DNA of 54,230 bases, the filler included, from Sphacelaria rigidula (taxonomy: Eukaryota), in the NCBI GenBank assembly GCA_964200075.2. It is 5 parts of 5 records of this genome, joined end to end, with 100 filler letters (N's around TTAATTAATTAA, not from the genome) between each part and the next. Parts side by side here need not be neighbours in the genome. Positions count along the whole stretch, not along the records: positions 32,601 to 43,365 come from CAXNAA020005953.1; positions 43,466 to 54,230 come from CAXNAA020005954.1; 3 more parts are not named here. One strand, 5' to 3'. Under the pieces are notes generated by a model. That model made no database searches. It saw only the letters and a list, made by a program, of their open reading frames with translations, and was not told where the DNA came from. Positions 35,541-49,652 of the stretch are shown here, one piece after another. Each line of letters starts with the position of its first letter. Within the stretch, counting starts at the first letter, position 1. The translations under genes and the position numbers were made by a program.

Positions 35541-38500
35541 ATGAACTTGCCAACGCCTTCGTATGCAGACGACCATTGCTCTGCTCCTGTTCATCGACTG
35601 TCCGAGGATAAAGGCGCTACTATGCGGGAGCGACGGAACTGGTCCATATTTGCAGCGTACGCCCGCCAGGACTACCCGGAGTGCCTGCAGGTCATTGAGG
35701 AGCAGCTGCGGGCCTGTAAGGGCCTGGCCGAGTATCCCATATATGTGAAAGGTGAAACTCGGGACGGATGCGTGCTTATTGCTGCCTAGCCAACCCAAGA
35801 AGGAGTATTTTCGAATGGTTATGATGTTTGAAGCACCGATATAACATGCGTGGCAATACACACTGAAACCGGATTCATTGCTGGAGGGAAGAATGTATAC
35901 CCAAAATTGTACCGCAAAGAGAACGCCTGGCTCGTGAAGTATTGTAGGATCTCACGCCCGCTTCCGAATGCAATTCAGTGCATACAGTACGAGTATCATC
36001 CTACTGTACCATCTCATCGCCCTTCTGTTCACGCATGATAATTTACCCGTGGTTCTTTCTGCCAGCAGGATTATACATGCACCCTTTTCCATTGTGTTTG
36101 CAATCTTGAGACTTGGCCGAAGGCCAGCGCTGCTACAACATATGCTGTACTACGTACACTACCTGTGCTGTGATTGCGACGAAGCCTGTTGCGCCACACG
36201 ATGAGAGCGAGGGCACCCGCTGCACCGATGATTGATTGTCTAACACTAACTGATGCGCTACGAGTCCAGTCATGGTCACCAGGGCAGACACATCTAGGGT
36301 AAATAGCAGGGGAACCTCGGTAGAGAAAACTCGAGGAAGGACAAATAAGAAGAAGGAATCTTCAGATATGACAGGGACTGTCAAGATAGATGGAGGCGAC
36401 CTTTAGCTTTGGGCGAAAATCTATGGTTGATTTTTTCGAGCAAACTAACCGTAACACTAACCCCGACCCAATGCCTACGAGAACCCTGGGGTAAGGGGGG
36501 TGCGAAGGTTCTCCTAGGTAAAGTGTGCGTTGATAGACGTCAAATCGACGCCGCCGGCACCGATTTGGACAAAAACACGTTCTGGACGAGCTGACTCCAC
36601 TGCTCACTTGCTCCAAACCATAAATACTCTCAGAACTTTCTTCACTCCAAAATCAAGTAGTCATCCTGCCAACCATACGTTTTCGCCCAAAGCTAAAGTT
36701 TTATCGAATAGATGCTCACAATGCACCGCGGAGGCTACATGCCCGTGGGTTTCGTACATGACAATGGCTTTGTCGCCACGACCGCGGACAAGCTGGTGAC
36801 CAATGGGTTTCGACATTTCCAAGAGCAATGGTTATTTCGTGGCGTCGTCGGAGACCGGCGCGAGATATTCGGACATATCAGCGTGGTGTCGTTAGGGTCG
36901 ACACAGAGTTTGCAACGAACCACCGGAACACGAGGTTTAGCGTCTGACCCCTGAAGATCGCGCGAGAAATCCAAGTAAGAGTTTGTCGCTAACAGGGTGG
37001 CCATCAGGAGACGTCTGTGATCGTCCGACCACAAGGATCTTGAAGCGTCCTGTCCAGTTGAGGGACAACTTGGCCCTGAGCGCCGCATCGTTATGAGCTT
37101 TTCTGGCTCCTTGGCGAATAGTCACTGTCTGTTGTAGATTCATACCGAATCACGGGCTTTCCAAGTTGGGCGCTTGCGCATGATGTTGCAGAGAGTGGTT
37201 TTCACTCCGTCGATGCGCGAAGCGTGAAACACATGTTCTTCAAGTCATGGAGTTGTGTGGTCTGTCACAAAAAAATCCCGCGATCTGATTGGTCAGGTTT
37301 GAGTCATGTGAGTCCGACCCGATCCGGTGATGGCGGTCATTACAATGGTGGTTTGTCCCAACAAGACAGGCCATCTCTACGGCGGGAACAGTTATTGTTC
37401 TGATGTCGCCGTCGGGACGATCGATGTGGCGACAACCGTTGTTATATATCCGGTGAATTACTCAACCGCCGTGGGAGCGTGAATCTGATCTCCAACTACC
37501 CCGTCGCGCAATCGTCCCGTATTGGACCGGTCCCCACGACGAACATGTTGCAAACAAGAAGAAATACCGCAACATGCGCCACCGCGCAGCAGTCCGAGAG
37601 CTGTACCGTGACAAGGGCTCACGTGTTGTTACCTACGGCTACGACCTAGTATCTCGTGTAAAATTGTGGGGAAAGGTAAAAGCTTTCAAGACAGTCACCT
37701 GCCCAAAGGGGCCTATCCCTGGTCCAAGGGTATTGATAATCTCTGGTGGCTTGGTCAAATCCACTTTGTCGATCCCATCGAAAACAGCACCAAGATCGCG
37801 CGCTTCGTCGACGATCCCGGCCCAGTACTGTACAGCTCAAGCGCGGAGCCGTGATGTCTGGCTACGTGGAACACCACACCTCTGCCTTTCAGCCTCGTGA
37901 CAGTAAACTGAAAACTGGAAAACAATGGAAGCGGGGGAAAGGAAAATAGAGAAAAGAACACGCTTGACTAATACCAACAGCGCCGACCCCGGAAAAAAAT
38001 AACCGGGCAGGCTTGTGTCGGATGTCTTCAGGCAAGACGGCCGTGCGAGAACAAGACGAAATAACATGAAAGAAGGGCGTGGGAGTAGGTTTCTACCCAG
38101 ATATCTCGTGACCACACGGATCGAATAACCACACCACTCAGATATGTAAGGACATCTCTATTTGAGCAGGAGCTCCCACCCTCGAGCTCTGCGGGAGCGA
38201 GATACAAAGCCCACTGTAGCAGTAGAGGAAAGACCTGACCGAGCAAGCTATGGACAGATATCCGAATGCGTTTCATATGAAACTTGTGTTTCCTCACACA
38301 ACAGTAGTATTGGGACCCCTTGACGATATGACTCAAGCTGGGTGTTTTTTTTCGCGATGACAGGGCTGATTATGCGCTCCAGAGGCCGAATAGAGGAATC
38401 TCTGACGCTGTTTCAGGCAGCCACGTGCCTCAACCCGCAGAATCCAGCTAATCTGAAGCAAGTAGGCCGTTGCCTGTTTCTCCTGGGGAAGCACAAGTTT

Positions 38501-41500
38501 GCGCTCGAGGTCTACGACGAGGTCCAAAAGGTGAGCGCGCGTGAAACTGTCGTGCTGTTGTTATATATAGCCGCCGTGGTGTCACGTCTTCATCAACGTC
38601 GCCCAATACCGATTCATCCTAGCCATTCAGCAGAGTTTTTGCTTTAGCTTAGTTCTCGAACAGGATCTTACCCACATATCTTACAAATTGTTTTTATTAT
38701 TGTTTACTGTTTCGCACTTTGAACGCCTCCCCTTCCTCGGGACGAGTCCGTGGTGGTCTCAGGGGATCAACTCATCTCTCCCCGCGGCACACGCTCTGCA
38801 TTTTGGTCTCGTGGATTTGCTCAGCACTCCCGCACCGCGTCAACTCTCGTCAAACAAACTCAGTCAACTACTTTTTGTTTACTCACGTACTAACGTTTTC
38901 GACGATGGAGACCGGATACTCCGAAGAAATAGTCTAACGCATTATCGGGATTCGAGCCCTCCTTATCTCCCCCCTTACGGTGACAGTCGGACCATTGCAC
39001 CACCGGGGCGAGGCGTTACAAATAGACGGAAAATGCGAGAATGACGTCGTGTATAGAAGCGGTTGAATGAATCCTTTGGTTTACAGCTATTATTTTACCA
39101 AGGAAATAATAACAGTCGTCTCAATTATCATCTGATTTTCTTAATTCATTTCTAGCCATCCCAGACTAAACGCCATACCGTTCCGTTAACGTGTGACACT
39201 ACAGTTGGTAATAATCGACGTGCCGAGTAGCCTGTGCGTGTTACTCGTCCGGTGTTACAGCGGTTGCACACTGACCGGCAGATATTGCCCATCCGGTTCC
39301 ATCGAGTTTATTGTTGCTCAACCACAGCATTATTTTTCAGTATTTTGAAGATACAATGCGTATCTGTCACTTACCGCTTAAGACCACATGTGAAAATAAT
39401 TACCAAGCGACGTGCGAGTGCCTGTCGATCCGGTATCGTTACGGAGAACGTCCAACTCACGTGTTGGAAAATTTTACACGCCCTTGAACCCCAAGCCGTT
39501 GTCTGCTACGATGGTAACTGAACGGCGACAATATCGCGAAGCGTCGAGGACGCATTGCCTCACTCAGTACTCGATGCACTCCACGTCGCGTTTGCGTCTA
39601 CGCTGAGCGTGGACAGCTCGATGCAGAAGACTGGGAGGTATGGCACAACCGCGCGCTGTGCTACGTGCACCTCAAGCAGTTTGAACGAGCGTTGGAATCT
39701 TTCGAGCAGGCGAACTCCATCAGCAGGCACGACGCCACCTTTCTGCAAATGGGGAAGGTTAGAGGATATCTTGACTGTATTGGTACCCTCCTTCGCCTCG
39801 AGGTTGGGATGTCTGACGTCTGCCGTACGAGGAATGACCCAGAGGGTGCATACGATATCCTTGTTTTTGCGACCGATATATGTAGAGACGTGTCTGTGTG
39901 TCTTGCCTCCTGTTTTGTTTGTTGATGAGCCGTGCTATCTACTTGTAGTCGTCCCGCTTGCGCTCCTCATCTCATCCCGGAGTAATTCGATTTCGATTCT
40001 GTGCACACACTGCATCGACAACCGCAGGTTTATCGCTTACAAGGCAAGCCGGATGAAGCGCTGGCAGTTTTCGAGGTGAGGAAGAGGCATTTCTACCCAT
40101 GTACACACGACAGAACGTGATATGTTTTTATTTTGTCAAACGCTATTATTTCTGTATGACTCGTCGCTGGACAGTGTGTTCTGTTCAGGGCACTCGAAGA
40201 TCAATTACGTTTGATTCTGTGGAGGGATAAAAGCTGTTCTGTCACACAAATCGTAGTTTTCAATGAAAGAAGCAAGCCTTCGCATGTAGCGCGACCATTC
40301 CCACTTGGCCGGAAGCGGCAAATATGACTATGCAAGGAACCCAGCCTACGAATGGGAGGTATGGATGCTGTAGAGCCTTGGCGACTAGATCAATCCCCAC
40401 CGAGATACCTAAAAAAACTCCGTACGTTGATAGCTTCATTGGACCGCACGTACATCTCTTTCTCCATGTCTTTTTCTCTCCTTCTCTCCTTTTTTTTCTC
40501 TCCCTCCCCTTCCCCCTCCACCCCCCCTCTCCCTATTGACTGGAAATTTCTCGGTACGGTAGAGGACAAAGATCCTCGTCAAGTTCATTGGGGGGGAAGA
40601 CAGCACTCAATTCTTGTTAAATTCCGTCTTGTCGTTCGCAGGAGGCGCTAGAGTTCTCGCCCGAAAGCCCGGAGCTCCTGACCACGGTTGGGCTGTTGCA
40701 CCTGCAGCAGGGAGACAATCAGAAAGCATTCGAGCGCCTGGGTAGCGCCCTCACGCACGACCCTCGGGATCCGAAAGCGATTCTTGCGGCGGGGTGGGTT
40801 TTTGCTCGCACTTTCTTCTGCACTGCTGCTGAATGTTGGTATCCAACACCGCCTGTGCGCCCGTGTTACCGTTCTGTGCTTCGCCTATGTGCCAGTAAAT
40901 CCGTAGACAGCAATCTTGGCACATCTCCACCTTCAAACGCAAACCAGGGTATTATTAACGCAGGTTCCCCCGTGTCTTCGGGGCGGTTAAGGTCGCAGAT
41001 CGTAGAAGCGGAAGTCAAGAATGAGCACTGTTCTTCGGTTATCTCGATATCTCGCTCGTCCCCTCTCCCGTGAATCCACTCTCCCACCCCCGCGTATGCG
41101 CCGCTCGTTCTTATACGCAACGCCAGATCAATCATTCAAGACAACCAGGACATGGATGTAGCCCTCGTCAAGTATAGGGTGGCTGCCGTTCAGGTAAGGG
41201 CATCATATGCTCAAATGGTTGGGTATTTTCGTCTCCTCATGAGTGATGTTACGATAGGGGGGTGTTATTGGCCGTGTCTTCCCCGAAATTCCATCAACCC
41301 GTCGCTGAAAGCAGCAACGGTTGTTCGAACGCGCTTGCTGCCGGTGAATAACGCTCATCCATTCTGCTTGACCGTTTTCACCCAGATATAACCGCACCGC
41401 GAGTGTGTTAGGTCGTCTGGCACACATATGATATCTTTTTTTCGTGGAACCAACCCCCCCACTCCCCCCGGTCATATCATGACCCTCATGTAGTACTCGT

Positions 41501-41955
41501 CAGGAGCCGACCGCTGAACTCTTCTCTTGTGGTCATTTTCTTGCGCGGAAGAGGCGTACGCGCTGAGGTTGAGAGAGAGTGGCTTGCCCAACATCGTGGG
41601 TACGCCTTGTTGCCGTCTATCAATCGCAACGAAACATGAAGGCTTTTTGTGGTTGCATCATGTGTGTCGCCACTATTGTATGGAAGCGGTACACGATACG
41701 TACATCAAAAGCTACAAACCCGCCGTCGGGTGCAGCCTGTGTGGCCGTTCTCGAGGTCCTCCCCTGGTTGTTTCACTGTGCACGTTCTTCCTTTGCTCGG
41801 TCGACCCACCATCATCATGACTCATTGCAAGGCTCAACGGGAAAAGCTGTTCGTTTCCCGAAACCTCCGTTCATCGTTTCTTCTTGTCGCTGAATACACA
41901 GACACCAAATTCGGCACAGCTGTGGAACAACATAGGCATGTGCTTCTTCGGGAAG
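35541..41955 (+). CDS. BBS4: Bardet-Biedl syndrome 4 protein (BBSome TPR subunit), 5' part. Exons 35541-35751, 38364-38530, 39617-39757, 40028-40075, 40642-40793, 41127-41193, 41902-41955
   Basis: Seven GT-AG exons join in phase to 840 nt (280 aa) with no stops: ERRNW...[13 protein letters not shown]...[23 protein letters not shown]...[23 protein letters not shown]...[24 protein letters not shown]...[13 protein letters not shown]...[15 protein letters not shown], the conserved BBS4 sequence. Alternative in-frame ATG at 35622. The 3' exons lie beyond the contig. Confidence 0.95.
36560..37450 (-). mobile_element. Gypsy integrase C-terminal/chromodomain remnant inside BBS4 intron 1
   Basis: TIRQGARK...[19 protein letters not shown]...[11 protein letters not shown]...[13 protein letters not shown] and HQLVRGRG motifs; frameshifted; antisense to the host gene. 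Confidence 0.7.
38690..39010 (-). mobile_element. tRNA-derived SINE-like element inside BBS4 intron 2
   Basis: Minus strand begins GCCCCGGTGGTGCAATGG (A box), has GGGCTCGAATCCC (B-box-like), is about 320 bp long and ends in an A-rich tail; partial copies at 2450-2725, 21930-22010, 22440-22510 and 31305-31365. Confidence 0.75.
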
Positions 41956-43365
41956 GTGGGTTCGACTCTTGGTACGTAGCGTACACTGAATGAGTATACA
42001 GCTCCGTAGAAGGAAGGACTATTGCGGAGGAACATTGTTAGTACGAGTGTATACATGAACGGACGTAACTCGAGCGTTCATCGGCATATTTTAACAAACG
42101 ATATCTCGGATGCACCGCAAGGTCCCCGCGGTCAGCGGCCAGCGACAAGAACAAAACAAAACAGTGCACAATAATACTGAAAGCCCGTTTCGTGAACGTT
42201 TCCTGTTGGCGTCCCTCCAACCCTGTATACTAGTTTTGTAATACTCCTATTATCAGTAACAGTGCGCCCCGGTAATAATTCGGTATACAGCCCCGTAAGA
42301 GGAATGGTTCGCAGTACATTCTGTCGCCATTCAGTGCTGCCTAATCACGAAATGTGTGCCAGGTGTACTGCCGTTTTTTTACAGCCGAAGAATGGAATGG
42401 ATGAACTGACGCAGGGGCCATGCGCACACTTGATGAACGCTCGCTACATTATTCGTCAACATATTTTGCGTACATTTGCCGGAGGGAAAGTCGAGCAGTA
42501 ATCGGCTGTGCCTCCTTGTTGGGATCTTCGCAATACGTCGCTCTCACGCACAAAATATGAACGCTACTGTTTTGCATAGTTCCACCGCTAAACGGACGGC
42601 TCAAAAATCTTCGCTCTACTACCCAACGTGGAGATACGTGTGCTGGGAAAGACTCTCCTTCGACCTTACGCATGCTTCGTACGTGAACATCATAGCCTTA
42701 CACCCGCAGTGTGCACATCAGAGATTAAGTAGACTACTATTATTCTACTTCAATAATGAGATTAGCGCACTTTTTTTTTATAATGGCAGCAACGGCGCAA
42801 GCAAACATCAACATTTCTCAAAAGTGTGTGAAACTGGGAGAGTGATCAGGCGCAGCATTGGACGGGTCTTCCTCGCATGTGTCTACTCCCTCTACCTTTC
42901 CCGTCAGTTGCTCCAAACCTCATCATCAGTGCCTCAGTAGCACCAATATTTGTTGGGAGATTATCCTCTCCCGCTTCACCTCGATCCCACCTGTCCTTCT
43001 TTTCCGGGTTCGGTGTCTGCTCGTTTCTCCCGCGGAAGTAGATGACTTTTTTCCAAAAAGCAGGTGGCGCCTGAGCATGCTTCAAATATCACGTGAAAAG
43101 TATTACAAAACCACATTGCGTGTCGGTCGCATGTTTCTGCACTCATCATACTGTGTGGGGCCTACCTTACTAAGCGTATCAACAGTTTTTCTACTTCCGG
43201 TGTTGAGACTGCCCCGACCTACCTTCCCGCCACTCGTCCCCCTCCCCGTGACTATGATGTGCATGATCATGAGTATCCCCCCCCTCTCCTTTGGTTTACG
43301 TCACATCATTTCCCCCCCCCTCCATCGTTTTTAGTGGTGACGCACTCATGAGGCCGTGTAAAAGC

Positions 43366-43465
43366 NNNNNNNNNNNNNNNNNNNNNNNNNNNNNNNNNNN
43401 NNNNNNNNNTTAATTAATTAANNNNNNNNNNNNNNNNNNNNNNNNNNNNNNNNNNNNNNNNNNNN
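43366..43465. other. Artificial contig-joining spacer
   Basis: Same 100-nt N/TTAATTAATTAA structure. Confidence 0.97.
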
Positions 43466-46400
43466 GTGGAGGGGTTGCATGGTGTGTTTTCACCAACAAC
43501 CTGCGCCTGGGAGACGTGACCCCAACTCTGAAAACTTCGAGCTGGACTCTTAGCCGCAATTACACCTGCTGTGGATACTTCGACATAGAGGGGAAAACTC
43601 CAGAAGTATCTGCCAAGGACTCGTCTTCTCACATTGGCGGCACCACGACATAGCTCCGTATGCTTCATTAGCAGAAGGTCCCGGGCTCGAACTTTGGCTC
43701 TCGCCAACGAAACGAAAGACAAAATACCCTCCAAAGTTAAGTAGTGAACAACAAAACGGCGTGAAATTGGTGAGGAACTAGAAAACTGGTGGGCGCCTGG
43801 CAAGCGCACTCCACGAATCCACGGCCGAGTCTTCCGCGGAAGCTGTTGGCTAGGCAACTCAACGCACGCAGTTCAAAAGTAAAGAAGGATGGCCAAGCTC
43901 CTCACTGCTAGGTGACGAAAAGGTTTCCCCTACCCAACCATCTCCTCGTCAAAGGACGGACGAAGGGGCGGAGGGGGTGATGTGCATGATTTCACATGAA
44001 AGGGGGAACTTCCTGCAAGTGCATGTACAGGAACCATTTTTTCACACGATATCCCCTGAAAACGGAGTGGGTGGGGGGGAAGGGCGCTTTGACTACACGC
44101 GCCATGCTTCAGAGTCATTCCAAGGAGATTTCTTCACGCCGTGTCATGCACGATGTGCAGGTAGCGCTACACATTTCACCACATTACGCTTGAAAGCGCA
44201 GGTCCTTGCAGCATCATCGCTATGATCAACGGGTTCAGCGGGCCTTGGGTGGATTGCACGAAAGCAGGCACACGAAAGATTGAAACTTCAGCTCCAAGAA
44301 CAGCACACGCGAGAATTGGAACAAATTCTGTTGTACTACTAGGTCTCAGCATTGATGTGCGATAACGCAGTATAGTACACCAGCTCCACTCTCGATGAAA
44401 CTGAGGTGCATCCCCCTGGTGAATGTTGCGAAAGAATCCGCTGAGTTTGCAACTACGTGGGGCTTCACAATCTGCTACACTTGCGAGCATTTTTAATCTC
44501 TTCGCGGTTTTTACAGCAAATTTAGATCTCGTCCCCTTTCGTATTACAGCAACTTCACATCTCAGCACGGTGAGACCGAAGCACAGACAGTACACCCAGG
44601 TCGTAAGCTGGCAAAAGTACACCCACACCGGCACGGCAGATCATCATAAGAGTTGGAATGAGTTGAATAATACTTCGTACATATATACTGGTATATAAAT
44701 AATATGGCTGCTTTCAGGGATAGACGTTGTCGTGAAGCCTCCTCGTTTTGCCGCTGCTCTGACGATGCTGGACAGCCTGTCGAAAAAATAAACCAAGGCT
44801 GGTGTGTGAGATAGCGACCATTGACAACTAGGAGCTGCGGCTGGAGCTAACGTTTAGTTCGATACTTTGTTGGAGCAATAGGGCCTAGGGACTTGAAAGG
44901 TGGCAGTGTGCGGCCAACGATGACATGGAATTGTGTCGGGGCAGTACGTGTTCCTTGAGCACGAACAGCCAACAGGCGGCCACTGATGTGGATACAGGCG
45001 GTTGTCTGTAGATAGGCACCGAATGGCACTACTCAACAACCCGCTGCTACAGTATGTAAACAAACGTACGCCGGCGTCACATAGATGCACAACCTGCCCA
45101 CAATATTGACGTCAAGAACCTTAAACAGAGATGGGTCGGTGCGCTTGCGTCGACTGATACACCGTGTCTAGTACGACCACGCTGCCATACGGCCGGAAGC
45201 TTGAAAACATAGTCTTTGCTTAAAACCCAGCGGTCATTCCAGCCCACAGCGATTCAATCCCCTTTGAAAGAAAATACTAAGCGTTCATGCTTGGTCATGG
45301 TAACTTACCGCCACAATCTTTGCTTCAGTGCTGTGCTGCAACCGCACAGCCGTGTGTCTCGATGCAAGGACGATTTCATTTCTTTTGGTTCCCACATTTT
45401 CTTCTATCATTCCTTCTCATTCCCGTACACCACCGGTCGGAGTTTATGTGGACCAAGTTTAATCGCTAACGAGAATCTTGTCTGCTCTCAACTGGCAACA
45501 CCAATATGTTAGTTTTAGTAGAGTAAGCTTCAATTATTAATGCTCGTCACGTGTCGTGTGGCATGTCTTACAGCGGCATTCTTCGCGGAAATGTTTTGCG
45601 CGGTTGTGGCTGTAAAATAATAGTGACGACAGTCGGCAGAAGCTTCACGAACGACCACGAAACAAATCTGGTATGAGTATTTGAGCTGCAGTAAGTGAAG
45701 CAGGACATAAATCTCATATATACTACGCTACTTTTTCGGCGTTCAGAATGGCACCCGATTTTGAATGTACACGGGCAAAATTGAAGATGCGCGAAAAAGA
45801 TGTGTGTCACTTTTCTTCAAAATCGTCACCGATTTCTTTCCACTTTCAACAGTCGTTCAGAATCCAATTAAACAGCTCTATTTTGAAGAGTTAGTAGTTG
45901 TTGATCCTATCTATGGTCGTACGCGACGTGCATTCAATTTCGACTCTGGATAAAGCCGTGAATATACGAGTGAAACAGTCGAAACATGACGCAACAACAT
46001 TAGCCCGCAAGATGGTATAAATTCGAATGAATAGGTCAAAACCCCGCGGTCAGAGTACTGAAACTTCACCTCCTGGCTCATGCAAAGCGGGAGTTCAACC
46101 CAATTTTAAGAAACGCCATTTCTACGCCCACGCAATCGATACCACACCGTAAATGATGTGATTTCCGGGGTAAATCTTTCATGACATGCATTAACAATCC
46201 CACATTTGCAATGTCGGGTAGGGTGTACATTGGTCATTTTCCAGTGTATAGCAAGGCTAGATATAGCAAATGGCTCTTCAGATCCGGAGTTTCCATCATA
46301 TTTCCAGTCGGAATATGGTCTTCTTTCTCGTTTTATCTCAGAATTGGGCCCGCGAGACTCTGACCTGGATTGCCGCGGAGGTACTGTAACAAAAATAATC

Positions 46401-46650
46401 CAACACGTGTAAACGGAGAGGATCCTGTAATACGTGGTAAGATCGCGTGCTTTTTGGACCCCATCCGAATGTTAACACCCCAGGATCGACGTTTTTCAAG
46501 GCCACTCGGGCCAGCCCCTGCAGGGACCACGCCCCTGACCCTAACCTCAACACTAACCCTGACCCTAACCCTCAACCATGAAATAATAGGGAGGGCGGGT
46601 GTTTGAACTCCGACGATGCGGTCGAAAAAGCACGCGGTCCTCCCACGCAA

Positions 46651-47083
46651 TACAGATCCTGAAAAATGAGGTTGTTGGTCATTCAAATGAGGTTCATCCC
46701 CAAAACAGCGTTTTTCCTGACCCAAAGTATCGACGGATGATTTTCATACCGACTACTACCTCATCTCCCATGATCTCCCTGAAAATATATTGGGGGGCTT
46801 GCAGCGTTCCGTTCTCGAAAAGGGTGTGTGCGAGAGCACGTTTTGCCTCGATTTCGGGGTGAACAAAGGGACGCTTCTGAGCCCAAAAATGGTGCTTTCG
46901 CACATCCCCCCTTCTGGAGAAACGAACGACGGGAAGTCCCTAGAATAGTTTCAGGGAGGTCGCGGGAATTGAGTCGTCGGTATGAAAATCGTTTGTCATC
47001 ACTTTAGGTAGTAAGCGAAAGCACTGTTATCGAGTTGAAACTCATTTCCACGTTCAACCCCATTTCTCAGTTTCTCTGTTGTA
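46651..47083. mobile_element. Degenerate foldback/MITE-like element
   Basis: About 140-bp imperfect inverted arms (gattttcataccgac vs gtcggtatgaaaatc; ctccctgaaa vs tttcagggag). Confidence 0.65.
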
Positions 47084-48729
47084 ATTGGGCCGCAGGAAAC
47101 CGCCAAATAAATACTGTATCATCTCAGGTCGTGTGTCGGACACTACTCTACAGAACACGTCCCGACGCCGACGTGAACGAGAAGAGGCGGCTCACACAGA
47201 ACAGCGTGGACTGATCTCTTCAACCTCACTTCATACTATACTAACGCTACTATCCTAGTCCATAGCGACTATAGCAACAGCGCGCGGACTACACACAACA
47301 AGGCGGCATTATCGACACAGCAGCTCGTTTTTCTCGGCGTCAACTCTAGGATGTAGCTGTCTATTTTTACAAAGATTTTCCTTGGGAAGTAGTAGACTTT
47401 TTCGGCGCGCCTTTTCCGCGTGTATGGTAGCGCACCCAAGCAGGGACTACGGCCGCGATGAGGAGGAGCCCTGGACTTATCGCACTGGTGGTGCTCGTGG
47501 GGTTATCGGTGGCATTGGTGCTTCGTGCGGTGTCGACACCCGGCGGGTCGGTATCTGCCGGGAGGTGAGTTGTCCGTCGGTCGGTGGAAAACTTCGAAGC
47601 ACTGGAGTTCGCTGACCGAGGACTTCGAGTACAAGCTATAACTAGCATGGCACTGTTGGGGCAGGTAGATAAGTACAGCACTTGCTGCGGGGCGAGCGAT
47701 GGTTTGGCGTCGCGCCAGCTGAATGTGCGCGCGGCGCTGCTGGGCGAAGTGTACACATACATAGCTTCAGGTGGTTGATGCGACGTCGAATATACGCATG
47801 ATCCGCGCACGCGACAAAAAATAGGGTAGATACCAGGCAGTACAACATGGAGCACCGAACAACACTTACTTACGACCTACCACTGGTTCACGTTTGCCGC
47901 ATTCTGGAGCGTCCCCGGGTTATCGGCAACTTGAACGGCATGCGGAAAACGTGAACGGGATTGCGAAACAGGTGTTCCAGTATGTATATGCGCGGGTCTA
48001 CAATGCGGTACATGACGCGACAACGCGTGCGATCACAACCCGATTTATGGTGCATACGCTAATCTGTGAAGCCATCACTGTCGCGCCAGAAACATGGCGC
48101 GAATACGGCAAGGCCCACTAGGAAAGGGAGTCTGGTGGTTTTTCTCGGACTTATCAGACTTCAGGAAGTAAGACTCCCTCCCCGCAAAATGTATCAAGAA
48201 GATGCCTGAACCACGTCGAGGAAAGAACAAGCCAAGACGAACTAAAGATTGCTCGAAACACCTGGCGCTGGAGTTTTTCCAGCAAATATTTTTCGAGTCG
48301 GATATCTTCCCACAATAGTCGAGTCTGACACAAATGTCCAGTTAATAACGACCCTTATGAGGCCCCTTGTTGTCGATGCTGCTTGTCGGAGATCTCCGAA
48401 CTATTCGGGCCTGGCAAGGCAACTGATGGCTCTCGAACTCTTGCGAGCGCTACAGCGTACACACAGGGCAGCTCTCCCAAGTGCTGCGTTGCATTTAATT
48501 ATTCTCCACAAATAGTAATGAATCCTCGGAGAAAAAATCAAGCAGCTTCGTTTTGAACAAGTCTGAACACAGAGTCCGAGAAGTCCGAACATATATGACA
48601 TCTTGATATCTCCGATGAAGCAGCAAGCCTGAACGCATAGTCCGAAAAGCCCAAACCGTTTTCACATCATGTCTCGAAAAACGGTATCGTCGTTTTCTCA
48701 GGCATGTCAGAAATATTCCACACGTCGGC

Positions 48730-49090
48730 CAACTCATGAGTTCACTCAGTTATACTGTATAACTCACCGGCCGAATATATGCACCGCTGAGTTATCTTCT
48801 ATAAATCACCCGGCCAGAATGTGCATCGATTATTATTATTAGTTGTTTTCTTCAGCTCATCTGGCCATGATGTACATCGCTGCGAGTTATGCTGTTTAAC
48901 CACCCAGCCAGAATATGCAGTGCTGAGATATTTCTATACCTCACCGGGCCAGAATGGGAATCGCTGACCTATTTCTACAGTTGTATAACTCACCTTACCA
49001 GAATCCGCACCGTTCAGTTTTTTTGAAGAACTCGCAGCTGAGTTATCGGAAAATGAGTTATGCGGTACAGCTCATCCGACCGGAAACATG
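48730..49090. repeat. Degenerate ~40-bp tandem repeat
   Basis: Units like gctgagttat-ct-tataactcaccggccagaatatgcacc, about 7-8 copies. Confidence 0.8.
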
Positions 49091-49359
49091 TGGAACACAG
49101 GGGTCAACATTAGCCACTTGTGTAAGTGGCGACACGCGTGATCACGTGACACGCCTGCCGGTGCATATTGTAGCGTGAGAAACCTAGCGGTAGATCTGTA
49201 AAATAATAATTAAGTAGTAGTGCTGCCGCAGGTGTAACATTATTATTAGAACATACACTACTTATTTGTACGAGCACATAATACAGGACCATAATAATGA
49301 GATGAGCAAATACTTATCTCGTGTCGGTGTACAGAACTCAGAACACATGATGAAAGTTA

Positions 49360-49652
49360 GGATGTTTTCGTGAGATTGAGAGTAGAGGATACATTATGAT
49401 TGAGAGTGAGGAGCGGTCAAGTAGTGAATGAATCGTTTCGGTCCCGAAATGTCCCTGCACGAGGCCCGATATGCTTTTTATGCGGTTGTAGCTCGGCCCT
49501 TGATATCGCTGAGTAGGATATCGACATGCACACGCTAGTAGTGATGGAGATAAAGAAAAGCACACGCACGGGATAAAACATTGGATGAGTTAAAGCAAAT
49601 GATCGAAGTCACTCTCAATCAACGCTCTACTCTCAATCTCACGAAAACGTTG
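49360..49652. mobile_element. MITE, about 293 bp, PIF/Harbinger-like
   Basis: Perfect 24-bp inverted repeats GTTTTCGTGAGATTGAGAGTAGAG at 49364-49387 and 49625-49648; TTA on both sides (49357-49359 and 49653-49655); second copy at 26576. Confidence 0.8.

Noticed and set aside
38945-39010. Functional tRNA gene
   Set aside because: Boxes are present, but I could not fold a full cloverleaf and it continues into a repeated body, so it is better explained as a SINE head.
43466-44700. Minus-strand ORFs of 147 and 152 aa as integrase or transposase
   Set aside because: Only a vague H...YFW resemblance and no catalytic motifs; the first ORF runs into Ns.
48730-49090. ~40-bp partly palindromic repeats as a CRISPR array
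   Set aside because: No constant repeat alternating with unique spacers; ordinary degenerate minisatellite.
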